Origin: Promethearchaeota archaeon
GTDB taxonomy: Archaea > Asgardarchaeota > Lokiarchaeia > Sigyniarchaeales > SOKP01
Length of the DNA stretch: 35,380 nt
Direction: 5' to 3'
NCBI GenBank assembly: GCA_048937405.1
Contig: JBHLNF010000022.1
Span: 1-35,380, forward strand
Program-made: the position numbers and the translations under genes
Part shown: positions 1 through 9,709 of the stretch, one piece after another
How positions within the stretch are numbered: the first letter of the stretch is position 1
Layout: each line of letters opens with the position of its first letter
The notes under the pieces: model-generated
What the model was told of the DNA's origin: nothing
The model's input: the letters and a program-made list of their open reading frames with translations, nothing else
Database searches by the model: none

Positions 1-94
1 CAAGAGATTTATAAATTGTGAAAGTTAATACAGGTCCAGGAGATAATGCTCCAGTAAGAGCTACTAAGAAAGAAATTGTGAGTATTTCAATCAT
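1..94 (-). CDS. LysE-family translocator, N-terminal part (runs off the window start)
   Basis: Manual translation from ATG at 94: MIEILTISFLVALTGALSPGPVLTFTIYKSL. A hydrophobic helix followed by SPGP is the LysE/RhtB signature. Not in the ORF track. Confidence 0.8.
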   Translation of the reverse strand, partial: MIEILTISFLVALTGALSPGPVLTFTIYKSL

Positions 95-144
95 TTTTGA
101 ATGAATTCTATTTAAGAAAAAATTGAAAATTAAAAGTTACAAAA

Positions 145-615
145 TCATCCTAAAAGCCGATTTATAACATATAAAACTATGATAACTATTAGAATAATAG
201 GGAGAATTATTATTATTGCCCAGATATAAGCTTTAAAGAATCCTCTTGTGAAAGATTTTACACCCTCATTCCATTCTTTTTCAGTTTTTTCCTGCCAACT
301 ATTTATATCTTGTTGAATTTTTGCTTTACGAGCTTCCCATTGTTCTTTTGTTTCTAACTTACGTTGTTCCATTTCTGTATTCCAAGTCTTGATTTTATTA
401 TCCCAATCTTGTTTTATTTTACTGAAGAATCCATCAACTTTTTCTCTATTTTCTTCCCATAATTCTTCATTTTTTTTAGCTTGCTTTTCTAAAGAAGAAG
501 TAAAATTATTAAATCCGTCTTTTGCGTTATTAATGAAATTTTTCCAGCCTTTTAAAAGAAGATTTTGATTTTGTTTTTCATTTTCAGAATCTTTTAAATT
601 ATTTTCTTCACTCAT
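145..615 (-). CDS. Hypothetical tail-anchored protein: amphipathic/coiled-coil Trp-rich body plus one C-terminal TM helix
   Basis: 156 aa; charged helical body with spaced W/F residues; C-terminal AYIWAIIIILPIILIVIIVLYVI. Confidence 0.75.
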   Translation of the reverse strand: MSEENNLKDSENEKQNQNLLLKGWKNFINNAKDGFNNFTSSLEKQAKKNEELWEENREKVDGFFSKIKQDWDNKIKTWNTEMEQRKLETKEQWEARKAKIQQDINSWQEKTEKEWNEGVKSFTRGFFKAYIWAIIIILPIILIVIIVLYVINRLLG

Positions 616-730
616 ATTTTATTCTTAATCCATTTTAATATTTAAATTCAGTAAGTAAATAACGTTACAATCTTTAATTACTTATTGATAAATAGATTTT
701 AGTAAATATTAAACAATATTTAATTTTATC

Positions 731-2107
731 ATGAAATTTAATTATATTGAAAAAACACCATTATATGCCGCTTTATCAGAGATTGGGAAAAGAATTTTTC
801 TACCTGATGGTATATTCTATTGGTCTGGAAGAGCAAAGAAGGAGGCAGAAATCATTGGAACAATCGGATCAGCTTATGCTTATGAAAAGGATTTTATTAA
901 AGGAGGGAGTTCTGAATGGCTCCCTTGTTATATCAAAGAAATTAAGGATTTTTCTAATTTTACTGTGAATCAATTAGTTCCATATTCATCCATCGGTGGT
1001 CGTCTTGAAACAAGAGAGATTTGGAAAGAATGGATTATCAAAAAATCATTTTATAACGAACAAGAGAGTTCATTATTAGCTAGATTAAAAAAATATATTA
1101 CTACTCCAGTTATAACTGGGGGTGTTTCAAATGGAATTTTCCAATCCTGTTCTATGTTTTTAAATCCAAACGATTATATTATCATGCCAAATAAGAGATG
1201 GGGTAATTATGATAATATAATTTGCAAATTGGTGGGGGCAAGATCTCAGTCTTTTGAATTTTTTAAAGGAAATGAGATGAACATTGAAGCACTGAGAATT
1301 GCTATAGAAACTGTTGCTAAAATTCAAGAGAAGATTGTCATACTTTTGAATTTTCCAAATAATCCAACGGGATATATACCTACAAAAGAAGAAGCATCTA
1401 GCTTAGTTCAAATGTTAAAAGAAAGCCAAATAACTCACAAGAAACCAATAATAGTTTTGGTTGATGATGCTTATGAACCATATGTTTATGATGATAATGC
1501 TTTAGACCGATCCATATTCTATAATTTACATCAATTAGATGAAAATGTAATTCCGATAAAGTTAGATGGTATTACTAAAGATCTCCTAATTTATGGGGGT
1601 CGTGTAGGATTTATTACAATTGGATTAAAACCCTCTTGGGTAAGAGATGATACAGAATTAGATGGTTTAAAGGAAGAAATACATAATAAATTGGAAGGAT
1701 TTATCAGAGCAAATATATCAAATTGTAATAGTTTTTACCAAGTTCTTGTTCATAAATTATTTGAAGAGAATGGATTTGATCAAGTCATAAAATCAAGGGA
1801 AGAAGTGAATAAATTACTTAAATTTAGATATAAAGCTATTAATTCGGAGCTTAGAAAAATAAATAATCCTAATATCTCAATTGATCCCAATTCTGGAGGA
1901 TTCTTTTTATTTATAAATTTAGATCCAAGCAAAATTAAAGCAATAGATTTCGCAGATCACCTATTGAAGGAATATAAGGTGGGAGTTATACCTATTCAAA
2001 AGGTAGATGAGAATATTAACGGAGTGAGGATAGCCTATTGTTCTATAGAGATTAAGAAAATCCCTGAACTAGTAAAAAGAATTGATTCAGCTCTTAAAGA
2101 TTTTTAA
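731..2107 (+). CDS. PLP-dependent aminotransferase class I/II (aspartate-aminotransferase-like)
   Basis: NFPNNPTGY, DDAY, DGITK (PLP lysine), GGRVGF, GGFF and RIAY motifs. Confidence 0.9.
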   Translation: MKFNYIEKTPLYAALSEIGKRIFLPDGIFYWSGRAKKEAEIIGTIGSAYAYEKDFIKGGSSEWLPCYIKEIKDFSNFTVNQLVPYSSIGGRLETREIWKEWIIKKSFYNEQESSLLARLKKYITTPVITGGVSNGIFQSCSMFLNPNDYIIMPNKRWGNYDNIICKLVGARSQSFEFFKGNEMNIEALRIAIETVAKIQEKIVILLNFPNNPTGYIPTKEEASSLVQMLKESQITHKKPIIVLVDDAYEPYVYDDNALDRSIFYNLHQLDENVIPIKLDGITKDLLIYGGRVGFITIGLKPSWVRDDTELDGLKEEIHNKLEGFIRANISNCNSFYQVLVHKLFEENGFDQVIKSREEVNKLLKFRYKAINSELRKINNPNISIDPNSGGFFLFINLDPSKIKAIDFADHLLKEYKVGVIPIQKVDENINGVRIAYCSIEIKKIPELVKRIDSALKDF

Positions 2108-2209
2108 AGTGTATCTAAAGATAAATACATATATATTATCTTAATTTATTATTCAGTTAAAAAAAGAATTTTATAAAAATTAGAATTCAATTTAACTAAA
2201 AAAAATTGG

Positions 2210-3226
2210 TTGATGGAATTGAAACTATATCTAATTGACCAAGGAAATTTAAAAGAAATCAATAAATTAATATTTTCAAGTGGAGATGTATATCTCCTAG
2301 ATGACGAAAAGACTATTTATGTGTGGATAGGAAACAAATGTTCTGTAGATGAAAAAACCGCTGGTGCTGCCCAAGCGAGGACACTCGATCAGCAACGTGG
2401 TGGCGCTGCTAAAATAATTACAGTTGATCAAGGCCAAGAATCCAAAGAATTTTTGAAAGTTATTAACCCAATGGGTGCTATGAAAGTAGTAGAAAAGAAT
2501 TATGCTAAGACATTACTTAAAGATGTAACTACAGGTGATTTTGCTCAATTTCATGAATGGAAAAATATTCTTTACCGTGTTTCATCTGAAGAATTTGAGG
2601 ATATCAATGCTATGAAAATGATTCAAGTTCCGTTTAAAAAGGAAACACTTGATTCGGAAGATTGCTTTGTCGCTGATTTAGGAAATAAGGTTTATATTTG
2701 GCAAGGAAATGCATGTAGTGTAACTGAAAAAGTTAAAGCCGGTCAATGGGCACGTAATATTGATGCCGAAAGGGCAGGTCTGCAACAAGAAACAATTTTC
2801 GAGGAGGGAGATGACGCAGAATTTATTTCTGCTTTAGAAAGAGGTGTAGATTACAAAGAATCCGATGCTGTCCAATTAAAAGCGGAATCTGTGTTGGAAG
2901 GAGAAGATGAAGATGATAGAATTGCGAAAGCTATCCAACCAGAATTTAAATCAGAGGTTAAAGAAGTTACTCCTGCAGAAGTCAAAGAGGATATTTCTGA
3001 AGTAAAAGCTTCAGGAGCAGCTCCAGGAATACCTGGAAAAACAGATAGTTCAATTTTAACTGTGGATCATATAGAAGGACGTAGAAAATGTCCTGAGTGT
3101 GGTAATGATAATCCTCTTATGATTCATGAAAGTGTTGATAAAGGAAATATTATTCTCGACTATCCACGTATGTACGGAAAAAAATTTCGATGCGGAGAAT
3201 GTGGTGTAGAGTGGCGCGAGAAGTAA
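2210..3226 (+). CDS. Two-domain gelsolin-family protein with acidic linker and C-terminal Zn-ribbon (eukaryotic signature protein)
   Basis: Two gelsolin repeats (FSSGDVYLLD..IYVWIG..CSVDEK..QGQESKEF; LDSEDCFVAD..VYIWQG..CSVTEK..EEGDDAEF). Tail carries CPECG...CGECG. The start may be the ATG at 2213. Confidence 0.9.
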   Translation: MMELKLYLIDQGNLKEINKLIFSSGDVYLLDDEKTIYVWIGNKCSVDEKTAGAAQARTLDQQRGGAAKIITVDQGQESKEFLKVINPMGAMKVVEKNYAKTLLKDVTTGDFAQFHEWKNILYRVSSEEFEDINAMKMIQVPFKKETLDSEDCFVADLGNKVYIWQGNACSVTEKVKAGQWARNIDAERAGLQQETIFEEGDDAEFISALERGVDYKESDAVQLKAESVLEGEDEDDRIAKAIQPEFKSEVKEVTPAEVKEDISEVKASGAAPGIPGKTDSSILTVDHIEGRRKCPECGNDNPLMIHESVDKGNIILDYPRMYGKKFRCGECGVEWREK

Positions 3227-3302
3227 TCCTATAATTAAATTTTATTTATTTTATTCTCTTTTTTAATAATTGCAAATAAAGATTTAGTATTGAATGTTAT
3301 TC

Positions 3303-4328
3303 TTATGGTTTTTGCATATCTCTACGCATTAATTTAATTTTTTTCTTCAATTCTATTATTTCGTTATCTTTTTCTTCGAGTTTTATTTTAGAGTCTAGTA
3401 ATTCTCTCATTTCTACCTTTAAAGTCTTAATTTCCTCTACTCTATCATCAAGCATACTTCGCATATTTGCTAATTCTAATTCAAATTTACCTGTGAGATT
3501 TCCTGATTTTTTATGTGCTTCTTCTAATTTTTCTTCTAAATGTCCTACTAGTTCTTGAATATTTATATTTTTTTGTTTCAATTCTTCAATTTCTACGACT
3601 AACGCTTTATTTCGTTCTGATTTTTTCTCTAAATCTTTTTTTACTAAATTAAATGTCTCAAATTGTTGTTGAAGGTCATGTATTTTTTGATTAGCGGCTT
3701 TTAAATCATTTTCAAGACTAAAAATTACTTTCTCTTTTTCAGTTATTATCTCATCTTTTTTCTCTAAGAGAACTTCAACCTTTTCGAATTTAGATTTTTG
3801 AATTGAATCATTTTCTAAATAGTTGATTTGTTCCTTTAATTCTTTGATCATGACTTCTTTTTCATTTAAACTATTGATTAATTCTTGATTTTCAATTTGG
3901 TTATTTTTGATTTGTTCAATTTCAGTGTTCAAACTTTTAATTTTTTCAACTTGATCATTAATTATTTTATTTAGTTTAGCTGTATCTTCATTCAAACGAG
4001 AATTTAGACTTTCAATTTCTTTATTTTTATTCTCGATTGCATCATATAAATTTTGAACTGCTTGGGTGTGGAGTTCCTCGTTTTCAGCTTTTTGAGAAAA
4101 TTCTTGAATCTTTTCTTCTAATCTTTGAACTTTTTCGTCTTTTTTATGTATTTCTCCAATTAATCGATTATTTTCTTCAATAAAGAATTTAATTTGTTCC
4201 TTGAGATTATTTTCAGTTTCTAAAGTCTCCCCCTCTTCTTCTTTTTCTTCTACCCATCCAAGCGTAGAAAGAGCATCTACTATTGATTGATCATTATTTT
4301 GTTCATGATCTTCACGTTCATTAGACAT
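3303..4328 (-). CDS. Long coiled-coil protein of unknown function
   Basis: 341 aa of nearly continuous heptad-like E/K/L/I-rich sequence with no catalytic motif. Confidence 0.8.
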   Translation of the reverse strand: MSNEREDHEQNNDQSIVDALSTLGWVEEKEEEGETLETENNLKEQIKFFIEENNRLIGEIHKKDEKVQRLEEKIQEFSQKAENEELHTQAVQNLYDAIENKNKEIESLNSRLNEDTAKLNKIINDQVEKIKSLNTEIEQIKNNQIENQELINSLNEKEVMIKELKEQINYLENDSIQKSKFEKVEVLLEKKDEIITEKEKVIFSLENDLKAANQKIHDLQQQFETFNLVKKDLEKKSERNKALVVEIEELKQKNINIQELVGHLEEKLEEAHKKSGNLTGKFELELANMRSMLDDRVEEIKTLKVEMRELLDSKIKLEEKDNEIIELKKKIKLMRRDMQKP

Positions 4329-4363
4329 ATGATTAAAAACACCATTTAATTTATTAAATCTTA

Positions 4364-4855
4364 TTATTTTTCAAATTGTACTTCATTATTAAAAATATAA
4401 TGTTTATCTAAGAAAAATTTTGTTAGATACCCAATAGATAGTGCTATGATAATGCTTATTTCTAGAGATGTATTGAGGAAATTTGTTAATAAAAATTGAA
4501 TTCCAATATTTTCAATTGTGGTTATTATAGCGAAACCGAAATATTTCATAAATTCGGTGGAGGTTTCTTTAATTCCAGTCCCAGTTTTTTTGAACACAAT
4601 ATATTTATCCAAGAAGAACTTGATGATATAAGTAACCCCTACAGCCACAATAGAACCAATTAGTTCTGACATATCAAATGGGTCAGCTGAACAATATAGT
4701 ACTTCGAAAAATTTAATTGTACCATAATTTTGACAAACGAAAGGAGCAACAATTAATTCATTTAATTTTTGAATTAAATAATTCAGTCCAATCATTACTC
4801 CAGCAAAGACAAAATATAGTGTCATTTGTCTTTTTGTGTCATTTTCTTCAACCAT
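4364..4855 (-). CDS. GtrA-like membrane protein
   Basis: Four hydrophobic helices; repeated KFFLDKY/HYIF motif and EFMKYFGF typical of the GtrA family. Confidence 0.75.
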   Translation of the reverse strand: MVEENDTKRQMTLYFVFAGVMIGLNYLIQKLNELIVAPFVCQNYGTIKFFEVLYCSADPFDMSELIGSIVAVGVTYIIKFFLDKYIVFKKTGTGIKETSTEFMKYFGFAIITTIENIGIQFLLTNFLNTSLEISIIIALSIGYLTKFFLDKHYIFNNEVQFEK

Positions 4856-4868
4856 ACCTTACTTCATC

Positions 4869-5162
4869 TTATATATTATTTAATTTTTCTCCACAGTGAT
4901 AGCAAAATTTCGCAATTATTTTTGCAATTTTTCCTTCACATTTAGGACAAGTCTTTTCATTTGAATTTTTTAAATTCTGGAAGAGTGAATTTTGTTGAGA
5001 TTTTTTTTCATAGTTAATTTTATTTTGATAACTTTGTCTAAATGAAAAGGGTAAAAAGCAGATTATGGGGATAAAAAAAAGGAAATCAATCATTAAATAC
5101 AAAATTAGAAAAAAGATTGATAGACTTAGAAAAACAAGGTTTAGTACTAAAGCTCGCTTCAT
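4869..5162 (-). CDS. Membrane-anchored Zn-ribbon protein
   Basis: N-terminal hydrophobic segments; C-terminal CPKC...FCYHCG. Confidence 0.75.
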   Translation of the reverse strand: MKRALVLNLVFLSLSIFFLILYLMIDFLFFIPIICFLPFSFRQSYQNKINYEKKSQQNSLFQNLKNSNEKTCPKCEGKIAKIIAKFCYHCGEKLNNI

Positions 5163-5209
5163 TTTTATCTCAATTCAATTTAAAATTACAACTATTTGGT
5201 TCAATTCTT

Positions 5210-5821
5210 TTATTCTTCTAATCTTTCTTTCCAAGAATCTTTTCTGGGTAATATATCTGTTTTGTTTTGTTCTTTTTGAGATTGAGTATTTAAAGAAAAT
5301 CGGAATGGTTTTTCTGAACTTTGAGTAGTTGATATCAATCCAATTAATTCTCTTAAATTATTTTGTGATGTCGTTCCTTTTCCTGTAACTTTTTTGTATA
5401 TTCTCTTTACAGCAAATATCCCTAAAGAAAATGTAATTGAGAAAATAATATAAATAGCTACCCAACCATTACCAAAAATAAGAAAGGGAAAAGGTAATAT
5501 ACCAGAAGCATAATCAGAATATATAATACTCAAAACTATAAAAATACCTATAAAAATTATACATCTGATACACATAGGTATAATTTGTTTCTTCATTACC
5601 TGTTTCATAAATATTATTGATTCTTGTTGGGTTTTTAGCATTAATTGATAATCCCCTAAAAGTTGAGCGTTTCTCATACGTTCTTGAATGTTTAATGCCT
5701 TCTTCCTCATTTCACTTATAAATTTATTTCTTAATCCTAAAATGTAATTAAGAATCATGCCAAAAATGATCATACCAATAGTTATAAACAGAATTTGAAT
5801 TACAACAGCTGTAGTTGACAT
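5210..5821 (-). CDS. EMC3/TMCO1 (DUF106, Oxa1-superfamily) membrane insertase-like protein
   Basis: TM1, then a cytosolic coiled coil (EMRKKALNIQERMRNAQLLGD...QQE..MKQVMK..PM), TM2, and TM3 with GWVAIYI. Confidence 0.7.
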   Translation of the reverse strand: MSTTAVVIQILFITIGMIIFGMILNYILGLRNKFISEMRKKALNIQERMRNAQLLGDYQLMLKTQQESIIFMKQVMKKQIIPMCIRCIIFIGIFIVLSIIYSDYASGILPFPFLIFGNGWVAIYIIFSITFSLGIFAVKRIYKKVTGKGTTSQNNLRELIGLISTTQSSEKPFRFSLNTQSQKEQNKTDILPRKDSWKERLEE

Positions 5822-5936
5822 TATGCTATCACTATATTAGGAAAAATATATTTAAAATTAAATTTTATGAATTGTATACTATTCATAGGTATAGGATTAT
5901 AAGATATAAAAATACAGAGATTAGAACCCTCTTTTT

Positions 5937-6968
5937 CTATCTTAAACATCCATCTATATATCCTCTAATATATTTTGCATAAAGAGTTTTCCAACGAGTT
6001 GGTATTGATGATGCTATTGCACATCCTAGACGGCATTTATTGCAGAAATGATAATTATCATGCATCTTCATTATGTCTTTGACCTCTAAAGAATTATAGA
6101 TTGTTGATACAGGATATTCTAAAGCATTGAATCTTTTAATAGGATGTATTTTACATGGATAACTAATAAATCCATCATGACTTATAAATAAATAGGCTTC
6201 AGCTACATGGCAACGCAATGTTTTTTGATGATAATACGGATATCCACCAAACCCTTTCTGAGTTACCTCAATGCTAATAGGATCTGTCAGAATATTACGA
6301 TATTTTTTTTTTAAAATTCGAATTTGGTTTGCCCATTCAGAAATATCAGGCATTATTTCTTTAATATTATTGATTTGGTAACTCTTATTCGAGAAATCTC
6401 GGATTATATCTTCACATGGATATATCTCAAGTGAAGAACCCAATTTTTCAGCTAATTGGCAAATATCCTCTAATAGATGGATATTATTTTTCATAACAAC
6501 AGTACTAATGATGGTTTTGATATCGTATTTATTTGCTAAATGGATAGATTCGATTACTTTATCAAAAGCTTTTATACCTCGCATTTTATTGTGCAATTCT
6601 GCAGTAGGGTAATCTAAGGAGATTAAAATATAATCTAATCCTTCGATTTTATGCTCTTTAAACAATTTAGGTAATAAGTATCCATTTGTTGCAATTCCAT
6701 TCAATAGCCCATGTTTTACTCCCGTATATCTGATTAATTCAGGAAGATCATTTCTTAAGGTTGGTTCACCACCAGTAAAAGAGAGTGCAAGTATACCTAA
6801 ATTCACAATCTCATCAATTAGATACTTTATTTGTGTGGTGTTCAAATCTGTTCCTATTATTGTTTCAGGTAAAGAATGAATCGAACAGAAAGAACATTTA
6901 CCATTACAGCGTAATGTCAATTCAATCTGAGCAGAATATGGAATTTTATGTTCTGTAAAATTGTTCAA
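5937..6968 (-). CDS. Radical SAM protein with C-terminal Cys-rich (SPASM/twitch-like) domain
   Basis: CNGKCSFC (CxxxCxxC), FTGGEP, TNG, ISLD; C-terminal C..YPC..CNKCRLGC. Start uncertain; the frame is open up to 7022. Confidence 0.9.
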   Translation of the reverse strand: MNNFTEHKIPYSAQIELTLRCNGKCSFCSIHSLPETIIGTDLNTTQIKYLIDEIVNLGILALSFTGGEPTLRNDLPELIRYTGVKHGLLNGIATNGYLLPKLFKEHKIEGLDYILISLDYPTAELHNKMRGIKAFDKVIESIHLANKYDIKTIISTVVMKNNIHLLEDICQLAEKLGSSLEIYPCEDIIRDFSNKSYQINNIKEIMPDISEWANQIRILKKKYRNILTDPISIEVTQKGFGGYPYYHQKTLRCHVAEAYLFISHDGFISYPCKIHPIKRFNALEYPVSTIYNSLEVKDIMKMHDNYHFCNKCRLGCAIASSIPTRWKTLYAKYIRGYIDGCLR

Positions 6969-7269
6969 AATGAAGTTTTTAATATACTGGATATATTTTT
7001 TTGTTCTTCTTTTAGGAATTTTCTATTACACCAAAAATGCCATATTAAGTATCTAATTAAGATTTTAAATTATAATATAGTTAAAAATCTAACTAAGAAG
7101 AATAATAAACTGATTCTTATTAAAAAGCTTTTTTTTAAGAAAGTAAAAAAAAGAAATATAGCAGTATAATTAGTGACTTGCTGAGTTAAAAGTAATAAAA
7201 TAGGTAAATTTCATAATTAGAAGCCTAAATCCATAGAAGCGCATCAATATAATATCTTAAATTTAAGAC

Positions 7270-7284
7270 TTTTTTCTTTATAAA
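7270..7284 (+). promoter_or_regulatory. T6C-TATA motif copy (TTTTTTCTTTATAAA) upstream of the 7335 ORF
   Basis: TATA-like TTTATAAA preceded by TTTTTTC; same pattern at 9691-9709(-), 11454-11482, 14487-14501 and 18030-18057. Confidence 0.45.
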
Positions 7285-7334
7285 GAAGTGAAGCAAATTG
7301 TATTTGAAGATGCAATAAAAATTATTAAATATAG

Positions 7335-7688
7335 TTGAAGATAATGTCAAAGAGGGATTATTACCACTATCAAGAAAAAAAAACTTCGACAACGATAATA
7401 TTAATATTTGGATTAGTAGTTTTCATTTTTCTGTTTTTTCCATTTTTTGGTGGAGAATTAAAATATCATCTAGGAGCAATGTTTACAAAAATAATTGATA
7501 TTATAGGTACAATTAGCCTTACTATTGGTAGTGTTTTCTTAATTATTGGGGTTATTGGAATTTTCGCACAAAGTGGCAAATGGATAAGAAATATAATTGT
7601 AGGAATAGCTTTGTTATGGGTTGGTTGTTGGTGTTCTGGAAATATAATAAATATATTTGGGATTTTTACTATTAAAGGTCCTAATTAA
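7335..7688 (+). CDS. Small membrane protein with about 3 TM helices
   Basis: 117 aa, strongly hydrophobic with Gly-rich helices; the start may be the ATG at 7344. Confidence 0.7.
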   Translation: MKIMSKRDYYHYQEKKTSTTIILIFGLVVFIFLFFPFFGGELKYHLGAMFTKIIDIIGTISLTIGSVFLIIGVIGIFAQSGKWIRNIIVGIALLWVGCWCSGNIINIFGIFTIKGPN

Positions 7689-7878
7689 AACTAAAGATTT
7701 ATCTTATATTTATAGAATTCAAAATAATTTAATTCTACATGGAAACTGAAGACTATTAAAAGAGCTGTTATAAGAGAATAAATTGAATTACTATATATTT
7801 CAATATCTAAGATTAAAAAAAAATAAAAATATTAATTCACTTTCTTATCACTTATTTAGAATTGAAAATAGTATCAGC

Positions 7879-8592
7879 CTATATTATTTTTAATCCACAA
7901 CTTTCTAATTTATATTGAAAATCCCAATGATATTTATTAAATGATATTTCCATCTTTTTTTTATTGCTATTGAATATATTATGTAAACTTATATCTATTT
8001 TCTCAATTCTATCATATAGACTATACAAAAAAGGACGAATTCTATCAGATTTGGGACTATATGTAACTTCATGTATTAGAATTAACTGGATATCCTCCCG
8101 TTTACAAAATAAAATGAAGGGAAGCAATTGTTTATCATAAAACGTATTGAGTAAGTTGTATACATCAGTATTATGTTGTAAAGAATATCTTAAGTGATGA
8201 GAAATATTGTCAACAACGATATATCTCAATGAAGGAGGAAGTACCGTGGAAGGTTTCATAATAGTATGAATAATCTTTTTTTGTTCCTCTAAGGAAAGAA
8301 TCAATTTATTTCCAGGACTTAAATAGATATTATTCTTAATATAATCTAATTTTTCAGGAGTATTAGTAAAAAGCTGTGATAATCTCTTCTTTGGAAATAT
8401 TTCACTTGCTTGAATCCATATACAAGATTCGATATTATTTTGACAATAAGTCAAAAGATTTCCCACTAAATAAAGACTTAAAGTTGTTTTACCAGTTCCA
8501 GATTTTCCTGAAATTGAAATTATATTATTATACGATATGAGTTTTTTTATTTTAGTAATAAAATCAATATCTTGAACTATTTCACTCTTCAT
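7879..8592 (-). CDS. RecA/RadA-superfamily ATPase (RadB/Rad51-paralog-like, no N-terminal HhH domain)
   Basis: Walker A GKSGTGKT; WIQASEIFPKKRL resembles RadA YIDTExxFxxxR; Walker B YIVVDNIS; LILIHEV. Confidence 0.8.
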   Translation of the reverse strand: MKSEIVQDIDFITKIKKLISYNNIISISGKSGTGKTTLSLYLVGNLLTYCQNNIESCIWIQASEIFPKKRLSQLFTNTPEKLDYIKNNIYLSPGNKLILSLEEQKKIIHTIMKPSTVLPPSLRYIVVDNISHHLRYSLQHNTDVYNLLNTFYDKQLLPFILFCKREDIQLILIHEVTYSPKSDRIRPFLYSLYDRIEKIDISLHNIFNSNKKKMEISFNKYHWDFQYKLESCGLKII

Positions 8593-8923
8593 CTAATAGC
8601 TCTAAAACTTCATTTTTTATCTTTTCTATATAGTCTTTTTTATCCTGATTATTATATTTTGGTATGTTGAGATCTTGATCATTGTGACTATTGAGTAATT
8701 GCTGAACCATCATTAAAGTAATAAGATCATTAATTCTACTATCTTGTTGTGAATGGTTTCCAGTAAGAAATCCTAATACTCCTCTTGATGAGCTTAAAGA
8801 TCGAGATCTAAATAAAAGATATACTCCTATAAAAAGTACAATACAAATAATTGCATATACCGGATTTTGTTGAAAAAAAATAAAAAATCCAATTATCAAA
8901 ATAATATAACATAATCCTTTCAT
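8582..8923 (-). CDS. Small membrane protein (2 TM plus cytosolic helical tail)
   Basis: Hydrophobic N-terminus; overlaps the RadA-like start and lies 5 nt from the peptidase, forming an operon. Confidence 0.7.
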   Translation of the reverse strand: MKGLCYIILIIGFFIFFQQNPVYAIICIVLFIGVYLLFRSRSLSSSRGVLGFLTGNHSQQDSRINDLITLMMVQQLLNSHNDQDLNIPKYNNQDKKDYIEKIKNEVLELLDEE

Positions 8924-8928
8924 TGATT

Positions 8929-9669
8929 TTATAACCTCTTTATTGGTTTTTGTGGTTTATAATGCTTATGGTTTAATGGCCGCATCTTTACTTTAGAGGG
9001 ATTACAATAATTTCGCGTACTTAAGTGTGTAATTAACCTTTTTGATGCAATTAGACTATACTTTAGAATAAGGTAAATCCCTGCAATTGTAAGATAATAA
9101 AACACATCAAGAATGAATTTTAAATGTGTAAGGATTAGAATAACCCATAAAATACATATTGATATTGAAACAAGAAGAACTTGATAGAATGAATGGCTAG
9201 GATTCTCTCTAAAAGCAGAAGTAATATATTGTAAATCTCCTGCTGATGGTGCAGCAGTCGTAAACAAAGATATAATGATAAATATTGCAATAATTCTAAA
9301 AATTATATGAATCAATGTATTAAGAACGACTCCATATAAGAAAAAAAAAATAAACCATGTACTAAAGACCAAAGGAGCTAGCCCAGTCAATAAAGCTTGC
9401 ATAAAAGTAGGAGTTCTACTTGGTTTCACATTACCATGTGGTTGTTCGAATCCAAATCTTTCATTGCGCCATTTAATTTTAATTTGTTCAGGTTTTATCC
9501 CCACCAAAAGACACATAACATAATGACTCATTTCATGAAAACAAACTCCAATAAAAAATAATCTAGATGTAATAGATCTGAGAAGTCCTGCCTTATTACT
9601 TGATAAGAAATAAGATAACATTAGAGATATGAATAAAACACCAAGAAATACAAATGGTTCTTCAATCAT
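8929..9669 (-). CDS. Membrane zinc metalloprotease, M50/site-2-protease-like
   Basis: HEMSH (HExxH, 9523-9537) inside a TM region; LAP and APSAGD motifs; about 6 TM helices. Confidence 0.75.
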   Translation of the reverse strand: MIEEPFVFLGVLFISLMLSYFLSSNKAGLLRSITSRLFFIGVCFHEMSHYVMCLLVGIKPEQIKIKWRNERFGFEQPHGNVKPSRTPTFMQALLTGLAPLVFSTWFIFFFLYGVVLNTLIHIIFRIIAIFIIISLFTTAAPSAGDLQYITSAFRENPSHSFYQVLLVSISICILWVILILTHLKFILDVFYYLTIAGIYLILKYSLIASKRLITHLSTRNYCNPSKVKMRPLNHKHYKPQKPIKRL

Positions 9670-9690
9670 TAAACATAATTATTATCTTTT

Positions 9691-9709
9691 AATTTAAAGG
9701 AAAAAAAAA
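9691..9709 (-). promoter_or_regulatory. T-tract-CC-TTTAAATT promoter motif for the peptidase/membrane/RadA-like operon
   Basis: Minus strand reads TTTTTTTTTCCTTTAAATT, ending about 22 nt before the ATG at 9669 (leaderless spacing). Confidence 0.55.

Noticed and set aside
747-968. 73-aa alternate-frame ORF
   Set aside because: Nested in the aminotransferase with no motif; shadow ORF.
3303-4328. Coiled-coil protein as SMC, tropomyosin or ESCRT-related
   Set aside because: No Walker motifs, hinge or other diagnostic feature; coiled-coil similarity alone is uninformative.
4717-5328. Plus-strand ORFs 4717-4899 and 5065-5328
   Set aside because: Antisense to well-supported minus-strand genes.
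6948-7169. 73-aa plus-strand ORF
   Set aside because: Low-complexity K/I/N translation of an AT-rich promoter region overlapping the radical SAM start.
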